From Spirochaetia bacterium (GTDB lineage Bacteria; Spirochaetota; Spirochaetia; WTKD01), in NCBI GenBank assembly GCA_965243525.1, contig OZ251568.1, positions 1,703,664 through 1,767,663 on the forward strand: a stretch of DNA of 64,000 nt. Direction: 5' to 3'. The notes beneath the pieces were generated by a model that saw only the letters and a program-made list of their open reading frames with translations, did no database searches and was not told the DNA's origin. The position numbers and the translations under genes were made by a program. How positions within the stretch are numbered: the first letter of the stretch is position 1; each line of letters begins with the position of its first letter. Shown piece after piece: positions 42,934 to 53,354 of the stretch.

Positions 42934-44260
42934 CAGTGCTTAATATCCGCTGTGCTCGTACCGGTAAGATGGAGTTCACTGGGTGCATTCCATCCATGAG
43001 AACAGGAACATAGTATTTATTGAGTCCATAGGTGGAGATGGTCGCATCGCGGTGCTTCGTTTCTTCGGTGAGCACGAGCATATCCTTGGGGATAAAGCGT
43101 TGTCGATATTCTTGGGTGAGCGTTTTGCTGAGGTTGATTAGTTGTGCAACGCGTTCTTTTTTTTGCCCCTGATCAATGGAATGTGAAAAACGTTCAGCCC
43201 GAGTCCCCGATCGTTTTGAATAGGGGAAGACATGGATATGTCCAAAGTGAATTTCTCGCGCAATACGTAGGCTATCTGAAAAATCTTGATCTGATTCTCC
43301 AGGAAACCCAACGATGATATCAGTAGTTATGTTGTAATCAGGATCAACGGAACGAGTAGTTTCAACAATTTGCATGAAATCACGAATAGTATATTCACGG
43401 CGCATCTGTAGAAGTATTTTGGTGCTGCCGCTTTGCAAACATAGATGGAGATGTGGACAGAGTTTCTCGTGCGTGATGAGGGTCCGAAAACGATTGATAT
43501 CAATTTCTGGTTCGACCGATGACAGACGTACCTGAAAATCACCAGGAATTTCCAACATTGCTTCGATCAATCGATAAAAATCCCAATCTTCATAGCGATA
43601 TCGAGTTATATTCACACCAGTGATGACCAATTCCTTGCTTCCGGTGCGAATTGCAGTTCGAACATGTTCAAGAACATCTTTTGGAGGTCGACTGCTCGCA
43701 CGTCCTCGTACACTAGGAATGATGCAAAACGTACAAAAATTATCACATCCATCTTGAATTTTTATCAGAGAACGCGTGTGAAAGATTTGCGTCTGTGGTT
43801 GATATGCAAAAAGTTCAGGATCCAAATTATCCGGATCAACGAGTTCACCTTGCAGATAGGCACTCACAATATCTGGAATATGACTTTTTCGATCATTATC
43901 AACAATCACCGCATCATATCTTGTTTTAAAGTCCTCTTTTTCTTCTGTCGCAAGGCATCCAGTGAGTATTGTAAACTTAGTTGACAGCTGCCTTGCGCGG
44001 TTTATAGTGTTTCTGCTTTTTCGCGCTGCCTTTTGTGTCACAGTGCATGTATTCACAATATGAACATCTGCGTGATCGGTATTTTCAACGATGCTATGCC
44101 CTCGCTTTACGAGATCAGAAGCAATTGCATCAATTTCATACTGGTTCAAACGACAGCCAAGTGTATGAAAGGCAACAGAAAGGCCCCCGGATTGTTCCAA
44201 GGAAGGAGCGTTGCTAGGTTGTTCTTGCTTATTGAGGTCTGTGTTATGTTGATTATCCAT
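42890..44260 (-). CDS. mtaB: tRNA t6A37 methylthiotransferase MtaB
   Basis: TLGCRLNQYE, NTCTVT, IKIQDGCDNFCTFCIIPSVRG, HVFPYSKRSGT; start trimmed to ATG 44260. Confidence 0.92.
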   Translation of the reverse strand: MDNQHNTDLNKQEQPSNAPSLEQSGGLSVAFHTLGCRLNQYEIDAIASDLVKRGHSIVENTDHADVHIVNTCTVTQKAARKSRNTINRARQLSTKFTILTGCLATEEKEDFKTRYDAVIVDNDRKSHIPDIVSAYLQGELVDPDNLDPELFAYQPQTQIFHTRSLIKIQDGCDNFCTFCIIPSVRGRASSRPPKDVLEHVRTAIRTGSKELVITGVNITRYRYEDWDFYRLIEAMLEIPGDFQVRLSSVEPEIDINRFRTLITHEKLCPHLHLCLQSGSTKILLQMRREYTIRDFMQIVETTRSVDPDYNITTDIIVGFPGESDQDFSDSLRIAREIHFGHIHVFPYSKRSGTRAERFSHSIDQGQKKERVAQLINLSKTLTQEYRQRFIPKDMLVLTEETKHRDATISTYGLNKYYVPVLMDGMHPVNSILPVRAQRILSTGELLAIPISSNNAQ

Positions 44261-45575
44261 TGTATTCACCAGCCAGCGAAAAAGTATTTGCTTGTGTAAT
44301 TTGTACATCGACAAAATTGCCAATAAGTGATTCATCTGTCGATGCAAAGTGAACCGGTATGCGTCCTTCTGTCTTCCCTTCCAGATAGCCATCTTTTCGG
44401 GCCTTTTTATAGACCAGAACCTTTTGCGTTGATTCGAGGTATTTTTTATTTTCAACAATAGCAACTTCTCTGAGCACTTCAGTTGCCTTGTGATATCGAT
44501 AGGATTTTACATCGTGGGGGATGTCATCTTCCCAGCGATAGCTTGCCGCACCAGGGCGCGGTGAATACTGTGCGATATAGGCCATGTGATAGCGATATCG
44601 CCGGATGGCTTCGAGGGTGTGGTTGAATTGATCATCACTTTCACCAGTAAATCCAACGATGATATCGGTAAATAACGTTGCCTTTGGCAACAGATTGTGA
44701 ATATCGGTAACGATCTTTTCATACGTTTCGATTCGGTAATTACGATTCATTTTTATCAGGATTTTATCATCTCCCGATTGAATGGGCAGATGGATATTGT
44801 TTGCAAGTACCGGATATTCTGCGACAACTTCGAGCACCTCGCGGTGCATGTCGTGAGGATGTGGAGAGGTAAAATATACCCAGAACGATTTTTGTGATTT
44901 TTTTCCTATTTCACCGATTCTTCGGAGCAATTCAGCAAAACGTATTTCTTCACTGCGTTTGTCAAACCCATAACTGTTCACATTTTGTCCAAGAATGGTG
45001 ATCGATTTGTAATCTTGTTCTACGAGCAATTCGATTTCTTGCAAGATATCCTGCGAAGGGCGAGACACCTCCCTCCCACGCGTATAAGGAACGGCACAAA
45101 ACGTGCAAAATTTGTCACATCCATTCTGGATTGAAACATAGGCCTCAAAATGAGAAGTGTATTGTGGTTTGATGTTCCAATATGCATGACTATTGTTCGA
45201 TTGCTGTGGAGAAAATGATTGTGAAAACTTGGTGGGAACGCCGTATTGCCGAAGTATTTCAGAAAGTTTTGGAAGTTCCTCAATGCTGAACAAGATGTCA
45301 AAAAGTTTTAAAAATACCTCTTTATCTGCCGGAAGAATGCATCCGGACACAAAGGTGATGATAGCGCGGTTTTTTTTCCAGCTGTTCCATTTGTGAATCC
45401 TTGCATATACTCGGTCTATTGCCTTTTGGCGAACTGAGCATGCCATGATTCCAAGCAGTTCTGCCTCTTCTTCGGTATCGGTGGATTCATAGCCAAGTGA
45501 TTCGAGCACGCTACGTACGCGTTCCGCATCAGATTGATTCATTTGGCAGCCAAGGTGTAATAAAAAATATTTCAT
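44253..45575 (-). CDS. miaB: tRNA i6A37 methylthiotransferase MiaB
   Basis: GCQMNQSDAE, CSVRQKA, GCDKFCTFCAVPYTRGREVSR, LGQNVNSYG, TSPHP, YSPRPG, TRAM domain. Confidence 0.93.
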   Translation of the reverse strand: MKYFLLHLGCQMNQSDAERVRSVLESLGYESTDTEEEAELLGIMACSVRQKAIDRVYARIHKWNSWKKNRAIITFVSGCILPADKEVFLKLFDILFSIEELPKLSEILRQYGVPTKFSQSFSPQQSNNSHAYWNIKPQYTSHFEAYVSIQNGCDKFCTFCAVPYTRGREVSRPSQDILQEIELLVEQDYKSITILGQNVNSYGFDKRSEEIRFAELLRRIGEIGKKSQKSFWVYFTSPHPHDMHREVLEVVAEYPVLANNIHLPIQSGDDKILIKMNRNYRIETYEKIVTDIHNLLPKATLFTDIIVGFTGESDDQFNHTLEAIRRYRYHMAYIAQYSPRPGAASYRWEDDIPHDVKSYRYHKATEVLREVAIVENKKYLESTQKVLVYKKARKDGYLEGKTEGRIPVHFASTDESLIGNFVDVQITQANTFSLAGEYNG

Positions 45576-45580
45576 AACGC

Positions 45581-46231
45581 TTAAAAATATACTTCAGCGT
45601 GAATGCTTTCTGGTGATTGCTCTCGTGTAGTTAATATGTCGTATACTTCGTATATCATTGCACTGTTTCCACACAGAAATATTTCAGTTGCTGCATCCAT
45701 GGTATAATCTTGAAGATAGGTTGTCACTCGCATATGCTTATTGCCACGGGTATCTTTTGTAGTGCATTGAACGATGTTTTGTCGCTGATAGTCTTCGTAT
45801 TCGTATTGTTCATGGCCATAAGACACTCCATGCCAGAGTGTATAGTTGGTGAGCGTATAGGAACGAACAAAACAATGAAATGGGGCGATCCCAGTTCCTG
45901 TTGCGATGAAATGCAGTCTTTTTGCAAGATGCTCTGGAGTCAACAGAAAATAACCAAAGGGACCCTCTATGCGAACAGAATCCCCTGGATTTAGCTTGTG
46001 CAGTTTTGGGCTAAGATATCCTTCAGGGATGTCCTTCACCAAAATTTCAAGGTATTCATCGTGAACGCCTGAATAAATCGAATATTCGCGCATGTTAATA
46101 TCCTGAGGCAACCCAATAGTGAGAAATTGTCCCGGGGAAAATTGCATGTTTTCACGACTTACACGTAAAACGTATACTGAATCACTGAGATTACGCACTG
46201 ATTCTACGGTGTGCGTTTGATAGGCATGCAT
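45581..46231 (-). CDS. ferredoxin/flavodoxin-NADP+ reductase family oxidoreductase
   Basis: PGQF, REYSI, GYLS, ATGTGIAPF, LCGNSAMI, C-terminal EVYF. Confidence 0.9.
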   Translation of the reverse strand: MHAYQTHTVESVRNLSDSVYVLRVSRENMQFSPGQFLTIGLPQDINMREYSIYSGVHDEYLEILVKDIPEGYLSPKLHKLNPGDSVRIEGPFGYFLLTPEHLAKRLHFIATGTGIAPFHCFVRSYTLTNYTLWHGVSYGHEQYEYEDYQRQNIVQCTTKDTRGNKHMRVTTYLQDYTMDAATEIFLCGNSAMIYEVYDILTTREQSPESIHAEVYF

Positions 46232-46294
46232 AGTGTATTGTGCCAGAATCTAAGTATATGTAAAATAGTTTTTATGCTCTGGTATCATATCGCA

Positions 46295-46323
46295 TTGACG
46301 GACAGAGGTGCATAAGATATCAT
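46295..46323 (+). promoter_or_regulatory. sigma70 promoter of the rpsT operon
   Basis: TTGACG-N17-TATCAT, then AGGAG RBS. Confidence 0.7.
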
Positions 46324-46346
46324 GCAAATGAGATATAGGAGTACTC

Positions 46347-46631
46347 ATGGGAAATTCGCGTTCTGCAAATAAGCGCCACAAACAAAGTGAAAAAAGACGC
46401 TTGAGAAATAAATCAGTACGAAGTGCTGTACGAACAAAAATAAAGGCAATTCAAAATCTGCTTGTGAAGGAACCAGAGACAGTTGACGCAAAGAGTGTTT
46501 CTGAGGTCAATTCATTGCTTGATAGGGCAGTTCAGAAGGGCGTGTACCATAAAAATACCGCAGCAAGAACAAAAGCAAGACTTTGGAGAGCTGTTCAAAA
46601 CACATTAAATTCCGCAAAGAATGCTGCCTAA
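46347..46631 (+). CDS. rpsT: 30S ribosomal protein S20
   Basis: SANKRHKQSEKRRLRNKS, KGVYHKNTAARTKARL. Confidence 0.97.
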   Translation: MGNSRSANKRHKQSEKRRLRNKSVRSAVRTKIKAIQNLLVKEPETVDAKSVSEVNSLLDRAVQKGVYHKNTAARTKARLWRAVQNTLNSAKNAA

Positions 46632-46932
46632 GCAGACCATTACAAGGGCAGAACTTGCTCGGTTGGTGCAAGAAAAAGTGGATACCAACCTGGAAGAGAT
46701 AAAAAGCGTTGTACACGTTATGTTTGAGGCTATGAAGCATTCCTTAGCAGCAGGACAACGCATTGAACTTCGTGGGTTTGGGTCCTTTGTAATTAAGCAT
46801 AGAAAGGGGCGCGCAGAGGGAATTAATCCTTTTACGCAAAAGAAAATGGGAAAATCACCAGATCATTCTGTTGTGATTTTTAAACCGGGGAGAGATTTAA
46901 AAGAACTTGTTCGGGATCTAAAACATGAGTGA
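46621..46932 (+). CDS. HU/IHF family DNA-binding protein (Hbb-like)
   Basis: IELRGFGSF, NPFT arm, FKPGRDLK; follows rpsT as in other spirochaetes. Confidence 0.93.
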   Translation: MLPKQTITRAELARLVQEKVDTNLEEIKSVVHVMFEAMKHSLAAGQRIELRGFGSFVIKHRKGRAEGINPFTQKKMGKSPDHSVVIFKPGRDLKELVRDLKHE

Positions 46933-47665
46933 ATTACATGTAAAAAATAGACATATTCTCGTTGTTGATGACGACACAGTGACGCGAGAATTCTTTTCCG
47001 TTATGTTGAGCAAACTTGGTTTTTCAGTAAGCGATGCAGCTGATGGAAACAGAGCTTTGGAAATTGTGAAGAATACGTCTGTTGATCTTATAATCCTAGA
47101 CAATATTCTTCCCAAGATATTGGGTTGGGATCTCGTGAAAATGCTGCGCCTTCGTGAGGATGCTCACCCTGAGCATTTGATGCCAATTCCTATTATTATG
47201 TTATCTGCTATGACTTCTGTTGAGGACAAGGTTCGTGCCTACGAATTAGGAGTTGAAGACTATATAGAAAAGCCCTTCAATTTCACTGAGGTACTCGCAC
47301 GGATTAATGCAATATTGCGACATAAACTTGCGATTGAGCAATTGCTGCAACGAGAACACAGGATTGCAGTGAAGGATTCTTTGCATGAATCCTTGACGAA
47401 TATATCTACCCATGTGAAGGAACCGCTCAGCGATCTCAAAAAATTGTCGGAATCTGGAGTGGCAGACGACACAGCATTGTTGAAAAAATATCAGGAACGT
47501 ACGTATTTGATTCTTGATGCAATTGAGCAATTTGAAAAAGATCTTGAACAAATTCTTGAAAAAGAAGATGCTTTACGTGCGGACGAGATTACGAGTGCAA
47601 CTATTGTCGCACATTACAAAAAGCAATCAAGCGATTTTGGTAAATTACTGAACACTACTGATTAA
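46925..47665 (+). CDS. response regulator (receiver plus coiled-coil/HisKA-like tail)
   Basis: VVDDD, ILDNILP phospho-Asp, MLSA, YIEKPF; no HTH output domain. Confidence 0.88.
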   Translation: MSELHVKNRHILVVDDDTVTREFFSVMLSKLGFSVSDAADGNRALEIVKNTSVDLIILDNILPKILGWDLVKMLRLREDAHPEHLMPIPIIMLSAMTSVEDKVRAYELGVEDYIEKPFNFTEVLARINAILRHKLAIEQLLQREHRIAVKDSLHESLTNISTHVKEPLSDLKKLSESGVADDTALLKKYQERTYLILDAIEQFEKDLEQILEKEDALRADEITSATIVAHYKKQSSDFGKLLNTTD

Positions 47666-47670
47666 AGAAT

Positions 47671-48078
47671 ATGGGACAGTCTATTGTGCAACAACAATAT
47701 AACGAGGGATATGTATTTGTAACAGATACTGGGGAAACGCTTCCGCCGATTAAGTCGTATATAGGCTTAAAAACGCGACTTCATGGTGAATTGACCTTTT
47801 CAAGTTCGGTTGCCATTCAGGGGTTATTTGAAGGTTCGATCCGCACCCAAGGGCTGCTCTATGTTTTAGAGTCTGCACGATTGACAGCGGATATTGAAGC
47901 GAATACAATAGTGGTTGCAGGCACTATTGAGGGGAATATTACCGCAAATGAATACCTAGACCTTCTTCCTTCTGCGAAATTGTATGGCAGTATCCGCGCA
48001 ATGAAAATCCGTATTTGTGATGGTGCGGTGGTAGAAGGTAACTGTGAAATGATAACACTCACAAAAAGTGGGACGTAG
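47671..48078 (+). CDS. bactofilin (polymer-forming cytoskeletal protein)
   Basis: GELTF..IQGLFEGSI..ADIEA..VAGTIEGNITA..GSI..GAVVEGNC repeats. Confidence 0.92.
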   Translation: MGQSIVQQQYNEGYVFVTDTGETLPPIKSYIGLKTRLHGELTFSSSVAIQGLFEGSIRTQGLLYVLESARLTADIEANTIVVAGTIEGNITANEYLDLLPSAKLYGSIRAMKIRICDGAVVEGNCEMITLTKSGT

Positions 48079-48173
48079 TTATACGAATCTTAAATTGACA
48101 AAGGCTAACAAGATGAAACGAAGGAAGGTTCTTCCGAGCTGTTTCGTACAACCAATTAAAAGGTGAATACTAT

Positions 48174-49721
48174 ATGAATAACAATGAACATTTGGAATCT
48201 GCTGACTTGCTGGATCAGACAAGCAGCACCGCTAAATCAGATGAAGTTCAAGGATCAGAAGGCATACTTGAACAAACTAATAACGAAAAGAAGAAAACAC
48301 GCGCAAAAAAAATTACAATTGCAAAGAAAAACAATTATTCCACCAATGGAGGAACAGCAAGAGCTGCCATTGAGAATGCTCCTGATAGACCTGATGTGTC
48401 TCAAGTTCATGCCAATAATAATAGCAGAAACAAACTGGGATTCGATGCACATGATGATTCTAAGCTCAGTATAAACACCCTCACTTTAAAAAGTGTTCGT
48501 GAATTACGCAAAATGCTTCGTGATTTGGTTGAACTTTCTGAAGAAGAATTAGCTGCCATGCGGAAGCAAGATTTGGTTATTGAAATCCTCAATGTGAGCA
48601 TTAAGCGCAATGTTGCAATCTATGCGACCGGGGTGCTTGATGTTATTTCAGATGGCTATGGGTTTCTGCGCTTTACGCATAATTCGTATTATTCGGGAAC
48701 TGACGATATATATGTTTCTCCGTCTCAAATCAGGCTGTTAAATCTAAAAACGGGGGATACGATTTTTGGACAGATACGTCCACCGAAAGATAAAGAACGC
48801 TTTTTTGCAATGCTGAGAATTGAGAAAATCAATTTTTTTGATCCTACTGAGGCACAGGCACGTGTTCCTTTTGATAATTTAACGCCATTATACCCCAATC
48901 AGCGATTGAATCTTGAGGCAGAAAACGGCGATGTTGCAACAAGGATGATCAACCTATTTAGCCCCATTGGCAAGGGCCAACGCGGACTGATTGTTTCTCC
49001 ACCTCGAACAGGAAAAACAGTATTGCTTCAGAAGATTGCGAACTCAATTACTCAAAATCATCCTGAGGTCTATCTTATTGTTTTGCTTATCGATGAACGT
49101 CCTGAGGAAGTAACCGATATGCAACGGAATGTTGTAGCGGAAGTCGTTTCTTCAACCTTCGATGAACAGGCCACTCGGCACGTGCAGGTTGCAGAGATGG
49201 TTCTTGAAAAATCACGAAGACTGGTTGAACATGGACGAGACGTGGTCATCTTGCTTGATTCGATTACTCGACTGGCTCGTGCGTATAACCAGACGGTTCC
49301 TACTTCGGGAAAAATCCTTTCTGGAGGAGTTGATTCAAATGCATTGCACAAACCAAAACGGTTTTTTGGAGCTGCGAGAAACATCGAAAAGGGTGGTAGC
49401 TTGACCATCGTTGCCACGGCACTTATCGATACAGGCAGTCGTATGGACGAAGTGATATTCGAGGAATTCAAAGGTACTGGAAATATGGAAGTAAATCTGG
49501 ACAGGAGAATTTCTGATCGGCGACTCTTTCCGGCGATAAATGTGAAGAAATCAGGCACTCGACGTGAAGATCTCTTGTTAAGCAATGAAGAACTTCAAAA
49601 GATTTGGGTTTTACGTAAGGTGATCAACCCGATGGATGATATTGAAATTGTTGAGCTGATACTTGATAAGATGAACAAAACAGACGATAATAACATGTTT
49701 TTACGATCAATGAATACGTAA
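48174..49721 (+). CDS. rho: transcription termination factor Rho
   Basis: [45 protein letters not shown]. Confidence 0.98.
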   Translation: MNNNEHLESADLLDQTSSTAKSDEVQGSEGILEQTNNEKKKTRAKKITIAKKNNYSTNGGTARAAIENAPDRPDVSQVHANNNSRNKLGFDAHDDSKLSINTLTLKSVRELRKMLRDLVELSEEELAAMRKQDLVIEILNVSIKRNVAIYATGVLDVISDGYGFLRFTHNSYYSGTDDIYVSPSQIRLLNLKTGDTIFGQIRPPKDKERFFAMLRIEKINFFDPTEAQARVPFDNLTPLYPNQRLNLEAENGDVATRMINLFSPIGKGQRGLIVSPPRTGKTVLLQKIANSITQNHPEVYLIVLLIDERPEEVTDMQRNVVAEVVSSTFDEQATRHVQVAEMVLEKSRRLVEHGRDVVILLDSITRLARAYNQTVPTSGKILSGGVDSNALHKPKRFFGAARNIEKGGSLTIVATALIDTGSRMDEVIFEEFKGTGNMEVNLDRRISDRRLFPAINVKKSGTRREDLLLSNEELQKIWVLRKVINPMDDIEIVELILDKMNKTDDNNMFLRSMNT

Positions 49722-49732
49722 GAGGAGTACCC

Positions 49733-49987
49733 ATGAAAAAAGATATACACCCAAATTACAGGCCAGTTGTGTTTAAAGATACATCAAATGGGACGCTGTT
49801 TTTGACTTATTCTACCGTTTCAACCAAGGAGACCATCGCCTATACCGATGGCAATGAATACCCCTGTTTTAACATCGAGCATTCAAGTGCATCACACCCT
49901 TTCTATACGGGTACGCAACAGCTTGTTGACACTGCAGGGCGTATTGATCGGTTCAAGAAGCGCTATGGAATCAAGGGTGACCGTTAG
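49733..49987 (+). CDS. rpmE: 50S ribosomal protein L31, type B (zinc-independent)
   Basis: [35 protein letters not shown]; no CxC motifs. Confidence 0.95.
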   Translation: MKKDIHPNYRPVVFKDTSNGTLFLTYSTVSTKETIAYTDGNEYPCFNIEHSSASHPFYTGTQQLVDTAGRIDRFKKRYGIKGDR

Positions 49988-51634
49988 TCACTGCACGCGG
50001 CGTTTTACTTGTATTGGAAATAAACACACATAGAGCATACATAATCCATAAAGCATCCATGGAATGAGGTTTCCAAAACGAGTGTAGAAGGTTGTCTGTT
50101 GTTGATAGACCGGAACTTCTGCATGCAATGTAGCCTGCGTCAGTGGTTCTGCTTGCGCAAGCACGCGACCATGGGGATCAATCACCTGAGTTAATCCATT
50201 ATTGCCGAGACGAACGAGTGAAAGGCGAGTTTCAACACTGCGATATCGTGCGGCAGAGAATTGTTGTTCAAGGGTGCTCTGCACTCCTGCCCAACTGTTA
50301 TTGGTTATATTGATTAATACATCTGCTCCAAGATGATGCATGTCTCTTGCAATATCAGAAAAGCTATCTTCGAAGCAAATAAGAGGACCAAGGTATATGG
50401 GGTTTCCATTGAAATCGAAATCTATGAGAGTTGAGCGTTCTCCTGGTGTCCAAGCCGGAGCAAGGCCTAATATCGCCTGATAGAACCAGCGAAAAAGAAC
50501 GGTGTTCCACCAGGGCAGAAACTCACCCATGGGTACAAGATGTTGTTTCCGATAGGTTTTATGCATCTTTGCATCTGGAGTGAACAGGGTCATCGCATTA
50601 TAGAAATAATGCTTGAATTCTTTCTCTTCATAATCGGTGATGCCGGTGAGCAGGGGGGTGTCTATATCACGTAAAAAGGAAACAAAGGGCTGCTCTGTTG
50701 GGGTGTTCTGATAAAATTCACGAAAATCAGAAGTATAGGGAAAGCGTAAGAAGGTCTCAGGCCAAACGAGTAAATCAGGTTTCGAGTTTTGCTCAATGCT
50801 GGTTTGTGAGAGGCGTTGAATGTTTGTTAATGCAGGGATGAAATTGTTGGACTCCCAGGGGTCTGTATTGATTTGCATGAGTTGAACGTTGAATCGACTG
50901 CGTTCTTGCAAGGGTTGTGAAAGGCGCCACAGGCCGTATCCCAGGCTGAGTAATGTGATCAGAACGGGCAGAAGAAGAACGGGAATATGATGAAGAAGCT
51001 GAGTATGGAGAGGAGTTCGTGGTTTTTGTGTTATTGAGAAGGTGGGTAGTTGATTATTCAGGGCATATTTCAGAGAGCGTTGCCGGATATTCTGAGTAGC
51101 GTAAGAAAAAATACTATGCGCAATGCATACATTTGCAGTAGCGATGACGAAGCTGACTCCCCACATACCCATGAAATCTGCTATTTGAATGAGCGCAAGG
51201 TTGCTCGATCTGGTATTCGCAAGCATACCCCAGGGGAATCCTAGCGGGCCAATAGATTTTAAAAATTCAAAACTTGTCCATGTGAGGATTTGTATGGGAA
51301 GTTTGATGTGCACCGGAACATGTCTTGTTGAACCTAAGAGTATGAATAGGGGAATATAATACAGGATATAGACAATTACAATGCCGAGAAGGGCCCAAAC
51401 AGAAAAATTTTGAAAGGCAGACAGCCAAAAGTAAAGAAGAGGGTTAACTATTATTGCATAGAGCGTTCCATAGAGGATGTCGTGGCGTGAATTCTTTGAT
51501 CTCGCAATGAGGAGAAACAACGGCACCAAGGCAATAAATCCCAGCAATAAACTTCCAGATACAGATAATTCATTTGGATTTGCAAGGGTTAGCGATAAGG
51601 CAGCTAGGACAAGAAGGGTGATGTTCGTAAGCAC
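49988..51634 (-). CDS. lnt: apolipoprotein N-acyltransferase
   Basis: GFPWG, VWPET, YRKQHLVPMGE, LICFED (E-K-C triad), NITNNSW. Confidence 0.95.
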   Translation of the reverse strand: MLTNITLLVLAALSLTLANPNELSVSGSLLLGFIALVPLFLLIARSKNSRHDILYGTLYAIIVNPLLYFWLSAFQNFSVWALLGIVIVYILYYIPLFILLGSTRHVPVHIKLPIQILTWTSFEFLKSIGPLGFPWGMLANTRSSNLALIQIADFMGMWGVSFVIATANVCIAHSIFSYATQNIRQRSLKYALNNQLPTFSITQKPRTPLHTQLLHHIPVLLLPVLITLLSLGYGLWRLSQPLQERSRFNVQLMQINTDPWESNNFIPALTNIQRLSQTSIEQNSKPDLLVWPETFLRFPYTSDFREFYQNTPTEQPFVSFLRDIDTPLLTGITDYEEKEFKHYFYNAMTLFTPDAKMHKTYRKQHLVPMGEFLPWWNTVLFRWFYQAILGLAPAWTPGERSTLIDFDFNGNPIYLGPLICFEDSFSDIARDMHHLGADVLINITNNSWAGVQSTLEQQFSAARYRSVETRLSLVRLGNNGLTQVIDPHGRVLAQAEPLTQATLHAEVPVYQQQTTFYTRFGNLIPWMLYGLCMLYVCLFPIQVKRRVQ

Positions 51635-51973
51635 GTGTCACTATAGTATAGACCAATGAAGGATTTCAATAATACGAGGGCAAATGGCTTTAATACTTCC
51701 ATCTGGAACAAAACATATGTTTCACACTGACTGAACTTCAATTAGGAAGAACGACAAGTTTGCTATCGTCGTCGAGGGCGCCCATCTGATGGAGTGTTGT
51801 CTTTATTGTTGGGCATTGCTAAAATATAGATTAGAACGAATGGCAATAGAAGTATTTATTCTATTCCCCATTTCTGAATATAAAAGAGTTGCCAGGGGTT
51901 GAGGCGTTGATTACTCTGTTTTTGATAGCCTTTGTTCTTACTGGTATATCGAAACTATGCGGGGAGGGCATAC

Positions 51974-52669
51974 GTGACTATTCTTTTTACGAACGATGAT
52001 GGTGTGTTCAGCGGCGGTTTGTATACGTTGTTTGATATGTTGTCGAACGAACACGATGTGTACTGTATTGCACCGCTGAAAAACAGAAGTGCTTGTTCAT
52101 CAGCAAAACTAGACACCCGCTTGTATTATAAAAAATTCTCGGAGAGGATATTCGGGGCTGCTGGGTTTCCGATTGATTGTGTAAACCTTGCTTGTCTGGG
52201 TCTGCTTCCAAAAAAGCCTGATCTTGTCATCTCTGGGATGAATCGAGGGCCGAATTTTGGGTGTGACCTGCAGTATTCAGGAACAGTGGCTGCAGCAATC
52301 CAAGCGACAAAGTTTTCAATTCCAAGCATCGCACTATCCCTCTGTGCAATACGGGCACCTTTTTATTTTGATGCAGCAGCACGATTTGTGGCAACGCATC
52401 TGCAAGAATTTTTGACATATTTGGAACCAGGTGTATTTCTTAACATCAATATCCCGAATGAAGCTGAGATTGAAACATTTCAAATGACTTCTGGAACAAA
52501 TAGCAAATATGCTATTTGGCCAAAGGAGCATTCAGATTATTTTGTTGTGAGTGATTCATCGCTTGCTGATGCATATGAAAAGGAATCTGATAGAGCTGCG
52601 GTCGCTGCAGGAGCTGTCTCGGTGAGTCTTGTATCTAATGAATTGTTGAAAGCCTATGCAGAAAACTAG
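51974..52669 (+). CDS. surE: 5'/3'-nucleotidase SurE
   Basis: TNDDG, SGMNRGPNFG, YSGTVAAA, LNINIP; GTG start after GGAGG. Confidence 0.9.
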   Translation: MTILFTNDDGVFSGGLYTLFDMLSNEHDVYCIAPLKNRSACSSAKLDTRLYYKKFSERIFGAAGFPIDCVNLACLGLLPKKPDLVISGMNRGPNFGCDLQYSGTVAAAIQATKFSIPSIALSLCAIRAPFYFDAAARFVATHLQEFLTYLEPGVFLNINIPNEAEIETFQMTSGTNSKYAIWPKEHSDYFVVSDSSLADAYEKESDRAAVAAGAVSVSLVSNELLKAYAEN

Positions 52670-53354
52670 CGTATCAAAAGAACAAACTGTTCAAACTGCG
52701 ATTCAACTCTATAATCAGAAGGAATACCAACGCGCTATTCAGGTCTTGTATTCGATCAAGGCCGATGAAAATGAAACGGTGCAGGTTTTCTATTATCTGG
52801 GGTTATGTTATACCAATTTGCATGAATACCGGGATGCACTGCTTTGTTTTCAACAGGTGGTGTTGTTGGACAAGGGGTTTTTGTATGATTATCAATGTCA
52901 TATGATCAGTGGGTATATCTATGCGCAGTTGGGCAAGTACAAAGAAGCTGAGCAGGAATTTCAGGAGTTACTCAACAATAGATACGATTCTGCAAAAATT
53001 CGCTCTGCACTTGCTTACGCACTCTATCAACAAAAGCAGGTTGACCGCAGTATTGAGGAGCTTAAAAAAGCCCTGTCGATTGATCCTTTGAATGCAAATG
53101 CACTCAACACATTGGGCTATATCTATGCAGCAGAAGGCATTGATGACAAACTTGCAGTGCAGTATTGCAAGCTTGCAGTGAAGCAAAACCCAAGTAACCC
53201 TGCATATCTTGATTCGCTTGCGGCGGCCTTGATGAATGTGAATGATTATGAACAGGCACGGGCAATCCTTGAACGTGCATCTGCCCTTAGCAAAAAAAGT
53301 AGAATCGATATTGAGCAAAGGCTCCAGCAGGTTCATGAAAAACTCAATCGTTAA
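52656..53354 (+). CDS. tetratricopeptide repeat protein
   Basis: YYLGLCY, NALNTLGYIYA and NPAYLDSL TPR motifs. Confidence 0.9.
   Translation: MQKTSVSKEQTVQTAIQLYNQKEYQRAIQVLYSIKADENETVQVFYYLGLCYTNLHEYRDALLCFQQVVLLDKGFLYDYQCHMISGYIYAQLGKYKEAEQEFQELLNNRYDSAKIRSALAYALYQQKQVDRSIEELKKALSIDPLNANALNTLGYIYAAEGIDDKLAVQYCKLAVKQNPSNPAYLDSLAAALMNVNDYEQARAILERASALSKKSRIDIEQRLQQVHEKLNR

Noticed and set aside
52163-52185. SurE GFPIDCV instead of GTPADCV as a sign of inactivation
   Set aside because: The metal-binding NDDG, SGxNxGxN and SGT motifs are intact; one substitution is not enough evidence
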